Of a stretch of 64,000 nucleotides of DNA, positions 1 through 12,770 are shown piece after piece. Source of the DNA: Octopus vulgaris. Its lineage: Eukaryota. The first letter of the stretch is position 1. Every line of letters starts with the position of its first letter. Position numbers and translations under genes: made by a program. The DNA is taken from positions 6,076,001 through 6,140,000 of the forward strand of contig OX597815.1 of assembly GCA_951406725.2 (NCBI GenBank), in the 5' to 3' direction. A model generated the notes under the pieces. It was not told where the DNA came from. It did no database searches and worked only from the letters and a program-made list of their open reading frames with translations.

Positions 1-16
1 TGCGTGTGTATGTATG

Positions 17-63
<47 letters not shown>

Positions 64-76
64 GTGTGCGTATGTA

Positions 77-122
<46 letters not shown>

Positions 123-346
123 TATACTTATATATGTACGCATGTATATGCATCTGTGTGCGTGCGTGTGTGTGTGTGTGTGTGTGTGTGCGTGTATTCT
201 TTTACTTGTTTCAGTTATCAGATTGCGGCCACCCTGGGGCACCTCCTTGAAGAATTTTATTCGAAACGAATCAACCCCGGTCCTGGTACGGTCGCAGTTC
301 AAAATATAAAAGGACAATGTGTGTGTGTGTATGTGCCTGTGTGTGC

Positions 347-399
<53 letters not shown>

Positions 400-1006
400 C
401 GTGTGTGTGTGTGCGTGCGTGCGTCACGCGGCTGTGATGCTTTGCATGTAAGCCGCCGTGTAACATATTTCCACATGCAAACGTTTCCCTCCTTGACACG
501 GTTTCGCACTAAAAGACATCTTCATCTTCGCAGAAGAGAGCAGGATTATTATTGTTCCATTGTGTTCCCATGGATTTAATTATATTTGCCACATTCCAAG
601 CACAATAAACTTCTCAGACAAGACAACTGCGCTATTGTTGGTGTCTGAGAGATTCCTGCAGACCGTTCTGCTGATGCGAACGACGGTTTGTATTCAACAA
701 GGAAGGAGTGGGGGTGGACAGTGCAAATGTGTGTGAGAGGGGCATGTGTGTGTGAGCACTTGGCATTATGTGTACGTGTGTGTGTGTATGTATGTGTGTG
801 TGTGTATGTGGCGATGTATGAGTGAGTGCACGAGTAGAAATGCTTGTGTGTGTGTATGTGTGTGGCAATAGGAATTAGTGTTCGAGTGCGGGTATGTGTG
901 TGGTGGGGTGGGTACAGTGTGTGTGTGTGTGTGTTAGTGTGTGAGCAAGTGAAAATACGTGTGTGTGTGTGTGTGTGTGTGTGTTAGTGTGTGAGCAAGT
1001 GAGAAT

Positions 1007-1037
<31 letters not shown>

Positions 1038-1102
1038 AGCAAGTGAGAATACGTGTGTGTATGTGTGTGTGTGTGTGTGTTAGTGTGTGAGCAAGTGAGA
1101 AT

Positions 1103-1144
<42 letters not shown>

Positions 1145-1439
1145 GTGTGTGAGCAAGTGAGAATAAGTGTCTGTGTGTGTGTGTGTGTGCACAATGTATG
1201 TGTGTCAGTATCTGTATAGGCGCGTGTGTGGAGGTTAGTATGTATGTGTGTGTGTGTGTGCTTATACGGAGTTGCGGGTGGAAGCCGAAACGTGTGTGTT
1301 GTGTGTGTGTGTGCATAAGTGGGTATATGTGGGAGTGCGTGGGAGGAGAATGCATAAGTATGTGTATATTTATGTGTGTATATATATGTGTTTATTTGTG
1401 TGGGGGCGTTTGTATATTTACGTGCTTGTGTGTGTGTGT

Positions 1440-1482
<43 letters not shown>

Positions 1483-1507
1483 TGTTGAGGTGCGGGTGTT
1501 GCGATGT

Positions 1508-1545
<38 letters not shown>

Positions 1546-2100
1546 TGTGTGTGTGTGTGTGTTGAGGTGTGTGTGTTGAGGTGCGTGTGTTGCGATGTGT
1601 GTGAGGTGTGTGTGTGTGTATGTGCGGATTAAGGTGTGTGTGTGTGTGTGTTGAGGTGTGTGTGTGTGTTGAAGTGCGTGTGTTGCTATGTGTGTGAGGT
1701 GTGTGTGTGTATGTGCGTATTGAGGTGTATGTGTGTGTTGAGTTGTGTGTGTGTGTGCTGAGATGTGTGTGTGTGTGTGCTGAGATATGTGTGTGTGTTG
1801 AGATGTGTGTGTTGGGGTGTGTATGTGTGTTGTGTGTGTGTGTGTTGAGATGTGTGTTGAGTTGTTGTGTGTGTGTGTGCTGAGATGTGTGTGTGTGTGT
1901 GCTGAGATGTGTGTGTGTGTGTGTGCTGAGATATGTGTTTGTGTTGAGATATGTGTGTTGAGGTGAGGTGTGTGTGTGTGTGTGTGTGTGTGTGTTGAGA
2001 TGTGTGTGTTGAGGTGTGTGTGTGTATGTGCGTATTGAGGTGTGTGTGTGTGTGTTGAGGTGTGTATGTATGTGTGTGTGTTGAGATGTGTGTGTGTGAT
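1..2100. repeat. Compound (TA)n/(TG)n microsatellite field with higher-order units (TTAGTGTGTGAGCAAGTGAGAATACG at ~933-1165; GTTGAGG/GCTGAGA interruptions at ~1480-2090)
   Basis: Direct reading; overlapping ORFs are YI/CV/HT dipeptide artefacts. Confidence 0.9.
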
Positions 2101-3094
2101 ACTCGTGTACTACAAAAGTCACTGCCAACCATACATGTACAGTTATTAGAGGGAATTAAATCCGCATCCCACCCCCTCTCCCTTACCCCCACCCCACCCC
2201 ACCCACCCCTCTCCCTCGTCTTCCCCTCCTCCCCCTACCCCCCTTTTTTTTCTCCAACAATAACTTCATTTGGTGAGAATTTTTATAATTTTCTTAATTT
2301 ATTTGCTCCACCTCCATTACCGCCCCCTCTTCCCCCCTACCGTGTATTATCACCGCCCTCCCCTCTCCCCCTCTTTCCTTCCCCCCCCCCTTTAATTAAT
2401 GTGGCATCTTAAAATGTTATTACTATCACTACCAATTTCACAGAATATGACGTCAACGTCTCTATCTCCCCCTCTCACCCCTACTCTTCTCTTCCTCTCT
2501 TTCCCTCTCTCTCTCTCTTATTCCTCTCAGCCCTCAGCCCTCTCTCTCTGTCTTTCTAAATTTTCTTTCTTTATCTCCAAGTTTTGTTAAAAAAAAATAA
2601 TTACCAAAGTTTCTGAATTTGAGAACGAAATCTTTCCCTCTTGTCTGTATTTAACGAAATTATTTCTGTTTTCGAACAAAAGCTTTCGGACGACATCGTT
2701 TAACTGGAATAAACCGATTGATTTGCATGGTAGAAATAACATACAAACCAACCGACCAACTCGTTTCAGACTTCTAGAACCGCAGAGTAATTAAAAACTA
2801 TCATTTTGTCAGCAGAATGCCGCGAGTTACGGGTTTTCTGAGAGTCTATTTCCAATTTTGTGCAATCACAGAACCCAAAACTATTTCTCATTACTTCTTG
2901 TGGCAACTGCTAACAACTAAGTCAAAATTTTAAAGTATAGAAACTACACTGACTTTCCGGACAGTGATGGTCCGGAACTTGTGATCCACACTAATTTATA
3001 CTGAAGTACGGGTACCTGTGTTTCATTTAATTAATTCTTTAAGTGAATTTAAAATTTGTTTAATTTAGAATGTGTTGATGAAGCTGACCGCCCG

Positions 3095-3520
3095 TGGATC
3101 AGAAAAATCAGCAATCCGGAAAGGTTTCGGAACCAAAGGTTCTGGAGAATCGATGCTGAACCTCCTCAGCTCGAGCCGTTACTTGTCCGCATTGAAAGGT
3201 CCCAGCTCCGGAGCTACGGAAACGGGACTAAAATGTCGCGGGAAAGAATCGTAAAACGGGTTCTCCAAGCCGAGCCAACTGGCAAGAGGTTTAGTGAATA
3301 AACCAAGAATAAGATGGGTGGATAATCTCCATAGTTTGTGTTGGTGATGCTTGGGAAATCCAGTCGAAAAGTGAAATGTGGATTGCTTCAGAGAGATGCC
3401 TTTAGAGGCATCTGAGCCACTCTAGCCCCATGAACATCCCAAGAATAACCAGCAGAGAAGATGAATGGATGGATGTGCGGACGGACGGACGGATGGATAG
3501 ATGGATGGACGGATGGGTGG
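3095..3520 (+). mobile_element. RTE-clade LINE 3' fragment with (GGAT)n tail
   Basis: Peptide IERSQLRSYGNGTKMSRERIVKRVLQAEPTGKR..KPRIRWVD resembles the RTE ORF C-terminus; ends in GGAT repeats; related tail at ~35580-35722. Confidence 0.65.
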
Positions 3521-3603
3521 ACTGGCTGGTATTAGTTACAGCACTTAGTTCTATCATTACCTTATTTTCACTTCCTTCAATGCTCGGAAGTTGATTGTCT
3601 TCT

Positions 3604-3850
3604 GCGCCCTTTTAAAGCCTAGCCAGGCTCATGGGCCCGGTTTCCCGGTTTCCATGGCGTATGTGTTCCCAAACTGGACGGGACGCCAGTCCATCGCAGC
3701 GTTACTCAATTTTGCCATCTGAGTGGATTGGAGCAACGTGAAATGAAGTGTTTTGCTCAAGAACACAACGCGTCGCCCGGTCCAGGAATCGAAACCGCAA
3801 TCTTACGATCATGATGCTGACACCCTAACCCCTTAGCCACGCGCCTCCAT
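3604..3850 (-). mobile_element. tRNA-derived SINE (family B) with target-site duplication
   Basis: Minus strand begins GGAGGCGCGTGGCTAAGGGGTTAGG (A box) and has GGTTTCGATTCC (B box); flanked by direct repeat TTGATTGTCTTCTGC at 3591 and 3851. Confidence 0.85.
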
Positions 3851-4106
3851 TTGATTGTCTTCTGCACTCAATCATTTCCCCCTCACTGCACCTATTCGAC
3901 TTTTTCAATCTCAATGGGGTTTTTTCAACTCACTGCAATTTGATTTATTTTCAAACTCAGGAATTTTTAGCTCACTTCTGTAGCTTTGATACTCAGAGTT
4001 TCAGCTCAATTCTATTCCACTCGCTTCCATACTCAGAATTTGAACTCACCGCTAATGAAATTACATTTACTGCTTTATTTCCAGACTAAGATTTTTAACT
4101 CAATAC

Positions 4107-4355
4107 TGTTGGGTTGGGGCATAATTATTGCTGCTTCTTTTCAACAAATTTTATTCAACAAAAACAATAACATGTAACAAAAACATCTTTAAAAGATTAT
4201 TCCGGAGCATATTCACCCTGTACTTCAATTACTGCTTCCCATTTGCTTGGCAGACGATCAGACCGTCATTTAAAAGTGTTTTTGTTAAATATTGTTCTTG
4301 TTTGTTGAATAAAATTTGTTAAAAAAAGCCGCAATAATTATGCACCAACCCAATA
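4107..4355. mobile_element. Mariner-type MITE, copy 1
   Basis: TIRs TTGGGTTGGGGCATAATTATTGC / GCAATAATTATGCACCAACCCAA; no ORF. Confidence 0.8.
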
Positions 4356-4394
4356 TATAAAATACATTGGTCAAATAGTACATCACCATTTTAT

Positions 4395-4675
4395 ATTGGT
4401 TTGGTGCATAATTATTGCGGCTTTTTTTCAACAAATTTTATTTAACAATATTTAACAAAAACATCTTTAAATGACCGCAACCACTTCACTGACAAAGCTT
4501 CGTGCTGCACGAAGCTTTGTCATCTTTAAATGATTATTCCGGAGCATATTCACCATCTACTGCTTCCCATTTGCTTGGCAGACGATCAGACCGTCATTTA
4601 AAAATGTTTTCGTTAAATAGTGTTACTGTATTTGTTGAATAAAATTTGTTGAAAAAACACCCGCAACAATTATGC
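4395..4675. mobile_element. Mariner-type MITE, copy 2 (tandem; carries 46-bp insert)
   Basis: Near-identical to 4107-4355; left TIR ATTGGTTTGGTGCATAATTATTGCGG; right TIR partial. Confidence 0.75.
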
Positions 4676-5087
4676 AAAGAATATTGCTAATGTCTCAATA
4701 GAAGTCTTAAGGTGTTAAGTCCTGTCTTATTAATAAACAACATAAATTATTGATCTGTTGTTCGCAACAAGTCAATAAAACTTTTTTTTTATAGATTCCA
4801 GTTAACGAATTCCTTTATTTGATATCGTGTCGACGATAGCGTTTCTATTTCTTCGTCTTATTATCGCTTTTCGAAGATTCTTCTGTATTTTTTAATGTCT
4901 TTTAATCCCCGATTAATTAATTCCTATACAACTAATCATTTGTCTTTTCATTCAATTTCAACTCTAATTGACCTTTCAATATACTCAGTCCCTGGGGGGG
5001 AACAGCGTATATTTATGTAATATATCTACTTACATTACTCTGTCTACCTATCTAGCTATCATATTACTAGTTTCACGGTTTCGTATA

Positions 5088-5489
5088 GGCGCAGGAGTGG
5101 CTGTGTGGTAAGTAGCTTGCTAACCAGCCACATGGTTCCGGGTTCAGTCCCACTGCATGACATCTTGGGCAAGTGTCTTCTGCTATAGCCCCGGGCCGAC
5201 CAATGCCTTGTGAGTGGATTTGGTAGACGGAAACTGAAAGAAGCCTGTCGTATATATATGTATATGTATGTATGTGTATGTGTTTGTGTGTCTGTGTTTG
5301 TCCCCCTAGCATTGCTTGACAACCGATGCTAGTGTGTTTACGTCCCTTAGCGGTTCGGCAAAAAGAGACCGATAGAATAAGTACTGGGCTTACAAAGAAT
5401 AAGTCCCGGGGTCGATTTGCTCGACTAAAGGCGGTGCTCCAGCATGGCCGCAGTCATATGACTGAAACAAGTAAAAGAGTAAAAGAGTA
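5088..5489 (+). mobile_element. tRNA-derived SINE (family A, internal microsatellite)
   Basis: Head GGCGCAGGAGTGGCTGTGTGGTAAG...GGGTTCAGTCCC; internal TA/TG tract; tail TGACTGAAACAAGTAAAAGAGTAAAAGAGTA; many copies in window. Confidence 0.9.
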
Positions 5490-6259
5490 ATGATTTCTTA
5501 AAATATAATTTCATTAAATTTCAGTTATTAATTGGCCTAATAATAATTAACATAATTTCCCTTCGGGAAGAGTCATGCAGTGGTTAACCCCGTCTTTTCT
5601 TTCTTTGTTCTTCTCCACATTGCTTTTTCTTTTTCTTTTTTCTTTTAGATTTCTCTCACCTATTAACAGCAATACTAATAAACAATACAGTAACAGTTGT
5701 TGCTGCTGCTGCTGCTGTCTGAACTTTTGTCTTTCTTCTCGTATCTATGTACACCATACGTTTCGACATTTTTCTGACCCGTCAGCGTCAGTAACCCAGA
5801 TAAATTATTTATAGGAGAATAAACGAGATACCTTCTCTCCGTGATCCCTCTACTTTTGTATTTTCTCTGATACTATGCTGACTCAATGTCCTGGCTATGA
5901 CTTTAAACTGCAATTGGTAGAAGGGCCCGTATTCAGGATTTCTAGGGGCTTGAGAGGTGTGAAACCGCTTCTCGCCATTATTGTTCTCATGTCTGTTCCG
6001 ACCAGGAGTTGTAACACCTGCCAGCTATGGGTTAACATATCATAGAATTTCCTTCAGAAGAAGGTCACTCATACACTCCCCAACGGACCCAGGGCAGGTG
6101 AGGCTCTTTAGCTGCTCATCAAAGAGAAGGAACTCCATATAAATCCTGATAAATTCCTTATAACTACTGGGCTTGTGGCTCTAGTGGCACCCGACAGATA
6201 TAAATTTGGGGGATGAGAGAGTGAGACTGGCTCTGCACACTAAAATAAGGATAATAATG

Positions 6260-6303
<44 letters not shown>

Positions 6304-6631
6304 CCCCCTGCTATCTTGTTGGGTCATTTACTGAGCGTTTAAAAAAAGCTAAGGAAATAAACCCCATCAGAAAATCTGGAGTGAGGGGTCCTAGGGCAGA
6401 TAAGTACAGTTATACAACCAATGTCTGGCATCCCCTGCTGCTCCCTTGATGCTTTTCTTTACTTCATGGTGTATCCATGAGTGGAGACGTAGTTGGTGTA
6501 CCTGGAGTGAGGCACTTGCTTCTGGAAACGGTCCAGACACAGCACAGATGTCTCTTCAACGCTGTCGGCTAATCAGGAAAAAAATCCAACCATGTTAACT
6601 TAACGTTATTTATTTCGATGATCAACACGGC

Positions 6632-6830
6632 AAGCTGTTAGGATCATCAGCATGCCGGACTAAATGCTTCGCCGAATTTCGTCCGTCTTCACGTTCTGAG
6701 TTCAAATTCCGACGGGGTCGACGTTGCCTTCCTTCGCTTCGGGGTCGATAAAATAAGAATCAATCAATTACTGGAGTCACTATAATCGAAAAATTTCAGG
6801 CTCTCTGCCTATAGTAGAAAGGATTATTAT
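6632..6830 (+). mobile_element. SINE family D, diverged copy
   Basis: Contains GTTCTGAGTTCAAATTCCG...GGGGTCGATAAAATAAG core shared with other D copies. Confidence 0.7.
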
Positions 6831-6982
6831 TATTGTTGCTGTTGTTGCTGCTGCTGCTGTTGTTGTTGTTTTTGTTTTTGTTGTTGTTATTATCATCATC
6901 ATCTTCTAAGCCGCTCCCACTCATTATATAATGACAGTAAATCAAAACCATTTGATTCCGAGACTTATTTATGTTTAATAAC

Positions 6983-7293
6983 CAGTGGCGGACTAATCAG
7001 GTTGCCATTTTGCCCGATGGCAAGTGGGTCCCTGCGCCATTAGAATCTATATATGGGGGCCCATGTTAGTATCTAAGGGACCCATCCCCTCAAGTTTGAG
7101 AATTTTTTAATTCACTTCTGGAAGAATGCATTATTTCAGCCTGGCTGTGTTTGTAAACAATTGAAAAGAATACTTTTAACAAGAAAAAAAAATTAAATGA
7201 TAGCACTGTAGTTGTGGGTTGGCCTCTTTGTAGTTACGGGTGGGGCCCCTTAGTCACATGACAACCAATATTTTTAGACCCAGTCTCCCACTG
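6983..7293. mobile_element. hAT-type MITE
   Basis: TIRs CAGTGGCGGACT / AGTCTCCCACTG; 8-bp TSD TTAATAAC / TTAACAAC (1 mismatch). Confidence 0.7.
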
Positions 7294-8043
7294 TTAACAA
7301 CTGAATGAATTTAATAAAAGCATCTATGAAACATCATACTCGTTTATCCATTCTTCACGGACACTTCCTGCATTACCGTATTTGTATTTTTCAATAACAG
7401 ATTCTTTGTTGCAGAGTAAATTTGCTCGTGTTTATGGGCTTAAAAAACCTACAATTAAAACCAAAAATTATTTTATATGAGACTTCGCTAATAAATAGCC
7501 AAATGTCGAAAAAAAAAGACAGTGATCTTAACTCACAGCATTCAATTATTAAACATTCATAATTGGAATGAATAAATAAAATTGAATATTAAGTATTTAT
7601 GGAATTTTGGTTTAGTGTAGGCTGACCTTTGGCTAACCCTGTATATCTAAGACTGTATCGAACCATCTGTGCTATATTACTTTTGTTGATCGTCTTCAAG
7701 GGATAATCGGTGGTATTTTTATTTAATAGTGTACGGACTTAAATAATCTTTATATAATTTTCATATGTATAATCTAGCACGTTGTCTGATGTAACAATTC
7801 CAATAGTTATCGAAACGATCGTAACTAATAAATAAATGTGATACCGCCATTTTTATTCCTTTGATTGTTATATTTTATTCGCTGCGTTTATACGTTTCCC
7901 GGGTTTTCAGTTTGTATAGAACATCTTTGGATCAACTAGAAGCTTTTTTCTCTCTATACATTATGTTAACCGGGATTTCGCATTAGATGCTGAGGTAATG
8001 GCGTGGATTTCTGAGTTACCCTTCTCGTACTATATATATATAT

Positions 8044-8150
<107 letters not shown>

Positions 8151-8464
8151 CACACATTCACACATATACATACACACGCAAGCATCCCCCGAGTTGCGGA
8201 AGCGCTGCGTACTCGAAAATTTTGCCGTAATATGAAATTTCGTAATCTGAAATCTTGATTTGAACGGGGAAGTTTCGAATTATGGTAATATTTTCAGGAA
8301 TTCCACGCTTTCGTAAAATGATGAGTGTGTGTGTGTGTTTATGTGTGTGTGTGCGTGTGTGTGTGTCTGTCTGTGTGTGTGCGTACGTGCGAGTGTGTGT
8401 GTGTGTGTTTGTATGTATGTGTTTGTGTGTGTGTATGTGTGTGTGCGTGCGTGTGTGTGCGTGC

Positions 8465-8513
<49 letters not shown>

Positions 8514-8971
8514 TGTGTGTGAGTGCGTGCGTGCGTGCGTGCGTGTGTGTGTTTGTGTGTGTGCGTGCGTGTAATAATTATTCCAGAGATCCCGATACTA
8601 AAATACTAAAACCATGTTTACTCTTGGGCCAGATTTATGTCAGATTTTCATGAAACTAAGTTATTCCATTCATTAATTCTGCTGAAAACCACTTCCAAGA
8701 CTGCTAACATCGCCGTTTCTTTATTTGGCCATTCTTGCGATAAACATCTGACTTCTGCATAAAAGCTAACAATGGCTGCCATTGTTCCGTGACACAGTTG
8801 AAAGCAAACAGAATCGTTTGTTTACTACGTACACGTTCTCCAATTCCAGACGTTATATCCTATAAGATATAATACGATATTACAGTTTAGCATTTAATTA
8901 TATTCGAGTGTATCTCGCCATATGATGAATAATTTTGGAGGTATTATTCTTTTAGCATCAAGAGCAATATC

Positions 8972-9134
8972 AGGCGTGGATGTGTGCTAAGAGGTTCGCT
9001 TGCCAACCACATGGTTCCGGGTTCAGTCCCACTGTGTATCACCTTGGGCTAGTGTCTTCTGCTATAGCCTCGGGGCCGACCAAAGCTTTGTGAGTGGATC
9101 CGGGTAGACGGAAACTGAAAGAAGCCCGTTGTTT

Positions 9135-9200
<66 letters not shown>

Positions 9201-9281
9201 GGATGGATGGATGGATGGATGGATGGATGGATGGATGGATGGATGGATGGATGGATAGATGGATGGATGGATGGATGGATG

Positions 9282-9345
<64 letters not shown>

Positions 9346-9560
9346 TGTGTGTGTGTGTGTCTGACCCACGCCACCGCTTGACAACCAGTGTTGGTGTATT
9401 TACATCCCTGTAACTTAGCGGTTCGGTAAAAGAGGTCGCTAGAATAACTACCAAGCTTTTTAAAAAATAAGTACTCAGGTTAATTCTCACTCGACTAAAA
9501 ATTCTTCAAGGTGGTGCCCCAGCATGGCCGCTTTCTAATGAGTGAAACAGGTAAGAGATA
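8972..9560 (+). mobile_element. SINE family A, older subfamily with (TAGA)n(TGGA)n core
   Basis: Head and tail homologous to 5088-5489. Confidence 0.85.
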
Positions 9561-9729
9561 ACCAAGTGCACCGCTAATTGTAGGTGGAGTATCACCTTGG
9601 AATATTCCCACCGAAATATTTATAACTCTGGAATCATAATACAGTTCTATATTTAAAAGATGGGGAATTATGTACATTATTTACATTATTTACATTCGAC
9701 AGCTATTTGTCCTCATCTTGTTTGTTGTT

Positions 9730-9775
9730 AACACAAGGTTTCGGCTGATATACCCTCCAGCCCTCTTCAGGTGTC
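9730..9775 (-). ncRNA. Minimal type I hammerhead ribozyme motif (mutated stem III) in a Penelope-like fragment (~9655-9815)
   Basis: Minus strand: GACAC-CUGAAGA-G-GGCUGG(AGGGUAUA)UCAGCC-GAAAC-CUU-GUGUU; stems I and II pair; stem III would need GUU. Confidence 0.7.
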
Positions 9776-10029
9776 TCGGGGAAATTTCGAACCTGGATTC
9801 TCGTTCCTAAGGTATTGGAGACAATCACTTCATTTTCAGGTCTCGAATATGAGGACCGTGGAGAAGATCTTCGTCTGCTTTTCAAGGACAGCAACTAAAG
9901 TACCAGTTACTTTTGCTAGCTGTGTTGAGGGAATAAAGTTAAATGCTTTTTCTGTCGTCAAGCCACACGGACACAAGATTTCAGCGGTGCTCCGTTTCTT
10001 CCTTCGTAAATCTATATTTACCAAATATA

Positions 10030-10198
10030 GGCGCAGGAGTAGCTGTGTGGTAAGTAGCTTGATTACCAACGACATGGTTCTGGGTTCAGTCTCACTACCC
10101 GGCACCTTGGGCAAGTGTCTTCTACTATAGCCTCAGGCCGACCAAAACCTTGAGAGTGGATTTGGTAGACGGAAACTGAAAGAAGCCCGTTGTATGTA

Positions 10199-10248
<50 letters not shown>

Positions 10249-10450
10249 TATGTCCGTGTTTTTGTCTCTCCACCATCGCTTGACAACCGATGTTGGTGTG
10301 TCCACATCGCCGTAACATAGCGGTTGGGCAAAAGAGGCCGATAGAATAAGTAGTAGGCTTACAAAGAATAAGTCCTGGGGTTGATTTGTTCGACTAAAGG
10401 CGGTGCTCCAGCATGGTCACAGTCAAATGACTGAAACAAGCAGAAGAACA
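10030..10450 (+). mobile_element. SINE family A
   Basis: Full head, (TG)n core and tail. Confidence 0.9.
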
Positions 10451-10511
10451 AAAGCTTCACCCCACGTCCCTACACTCCTTTCTTTCCAACAGTCATCAGT
10501 GAGTGTAACAT

Positions 10512-10770
10512 TGTTGTTGTTGTCGTTTGTTCTTTCCCGAGCCATGCCTGGCTCATAAGGGCCAGTTTCCCCAGTTTTATTGGCGTATAGCTTCCCCACC
10601 TGGATGGGACGCCGGTCCGTCGCAGGTGAGCTGCAAGATGCAGGAGGAAAGAGCGAGAGAAAGTTATGGCGAAAGAGTCAGCAGAAGTTCGCCATTACAT
10701 TCTGCAGGAGCCGCGTGGAGCTGAGGTGTTTCGCTCATAAGCACACACATCGCCCGGTCTGAGATTCGAA
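10512..10770 (-). mobile_element. Chimeric SINE (family C body with family B 3' region), 5'-truncated, (CAA)n tail
   Basis: Minus: TTCGAATCTCAGACCGGGCG...CACCTCAGCTCCACGCGGCTCC (C-like), then GCGACGGACCGGCGTCCCATCCAGG...GAAACTGGCCCTTATGAGCC (B-like). Confidence 0.75.
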
Positions 10771-10912
10771 CATGGTTCCGGGTTCAGTCCCACTGCGTGG
10801 AACCTTGGGCAAGTGTCTTCTGCTATGGCCTCGGGCTGACCAAAGCCTTGTGAGTGGATTTGGTAGATGGAAATTGAAAGAAGCCCATCGTGTGTGTGTG
10901 TGTGTGTTTGTA

Positions 10913-10959
<47 letters not shown>

Positions 10960-10964
10960 TTGTT

Positions 10965-11023
<59 letters not shown>

Positions 11024-11205
11024 ACCGCTTAACAACCTGTGTTGGTATGTTTGTGTTCCCGTAACTAAACGGTTCGACAAAACAGAACGACAGAATAGAT
11101 ACCAAGCTTTAAAAAACATACCGAGGTTAATTCATTCGATTCAAAATTCTTGAAAGCGGTGCCCCAGCATGGCCGCAGTCTAATGACTGAAACAAGTAAA
11201 AAGAT
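10771..11205 (+). mobile_element. SINE family A, 5'-truncated near B box
   Basis: Starts CATGGTTCCGGGTTCAGTCCC; (TG)n(GA)n core; tail TGACTGAAACAAGTAAAA. Confidence 0.85.
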
Positions 11206-11492
11206 TTTTTTAAAAAGACGAGTATAATTATATGTTTCTATGTAAAGTTAATTACGGCATCAAATTGATTAAAGTAATTTAGAGTCATTAAAACTAATTA
11301 CAAACTTGTTTCTCGTCTTCTAAATTATAAAATCTCATTTTAATTATTCCAATATTTATTGTTTTGTTTTTAATTCTTTTAAGTGATTTAATTTGTGTTA
11401 ATTAAAGTAATTATTTGTACAATTCTCGCTCAACTTCCAAAAGGCATTCTTTTGACATTTAGTTTCCCTTCATCTTAGGCGCCTTCATCTTA

Positions 11493-11892
11493 GGCGCAGG
11501 AGTGGCTGTGTGGTAAGTAGCTTGCTTACCAACCACATGGTTCTGGGTTCAGTCCCACTGCGTGGTATCTTGGGCAAGTGTCTTCTGCTATAGCCCCGGG
11601 CCGACCAATGCCTTGTGAGTGGATTTGGTAGACGGAAACTGAAAGAAGCCTGTCGTATATATGTATATATATGTATGTGTTTGTGTGTCTGTGTTTGCCC
11701 CCCTAGCATTGCTTGACAACCGATGCTGGTGTGTTTACGTCCCCGTCACTTAGCGGTTCGGCAAAAGATACCGATAGAATAAGTACTGGGCTTACAAAGA
11801 ATAAGTCCCGGGGTCGATTTGCTCGACTAAAGGCGGTGCTCCAGCATGGCCGCAGTCAAATGACTGAAACAAGTAAAAGAGTAAAAAGAGAG
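11493..11892 (+). mobile_element. SINE family A
   Basis: Near-identical to 5088 copy; tandem duplication of CCTTCATCTTAGGCG at 5' junction. Confidence 0.9.
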
Positions 11893-11990
11893 AGAGTTAT
11901 GTGGTCAACTGCTGACCCTCCATACTGTCTATCATCTTCCCCCGGGTTTCGCTACCCCTCATCTTACTTAAACTTCCTCTTCTCCCTCAC

Positions 11991-12029
<39 letters not shown>

Positions 12030-12157
12030 TCTCTCTCTCTATCGCTCGTCCTTTTCTCTTTCTTTCTCCTCTGGTTCTGAAGGTGAAGAAAGTGCTAAGG
12101 AGATTTTACTGTTATGAACATGACATCGCTAGAAGAGATCTCATCAGTGTGAAATAG

Positions 12158-12770
12158 TCTTTTCTACTCTAAGCACAACGCCCGAAATTTTGGGGGAGGG
12201 AGCCAGTCGATTAGATCGACTCCAGCACACAACTGGTACTTAATTCATCAACCCCTAAAGGATGAAAGGCAAAGTCAATCTCGGCGAAATTTGAACTCAG
12301 AACGTAAAAGACGAAATACCTATTTCTTTACTACCCACAAGGGGCTAAATACAGAAGGCACAAACAAGGACAGACAAACGGATTAAGTCGATTACATCGA
12401 CCCCAGTGCGTAACCGGTACTTAATTTATCGACCCCGAAAGGATGAAAGGCAAAGTCGACCTCGGCGTAATTTGAACTCAGAACGTAGCGGCAGACGAAA
12501 TACGGCTACGCATTTCGCCTAGCTTTGCTAACATTTCTGCCAGCTCGCAGCCTTAATTAATTGCATATTCTTTTCTACTCAAGGCACTAGGCCCGAAATT
12601 TTGGGGTAAGAATCGACTCCAGTACACAACTGGTACTTAATTCATCAACCCCAAAAGGATGAAAGGCAAAGTCAATCTCGGCGGAATTTGAACTCAGAAC
12701 GTAACGGCAGACGAAATACCGCTAAGCATTTCGCCCGGCGTGCTAACGTTTCTGCCAGCTTGCTGCCTTA
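12158..12770 (-). mobile_element. Tandem cluster of SINE family D units
   Basis: Three repeats of GGATGAAAGGCAAAGTC..CTCGGCG..ATTTGAACTCAGAACGTA. Confidence 0.8.

Noticed and set aside
9580-9635. GIFQGD peptide on the minus strand
   Set aside because: Probably a tiny RT domain relic of an RLE LINE; too short to call
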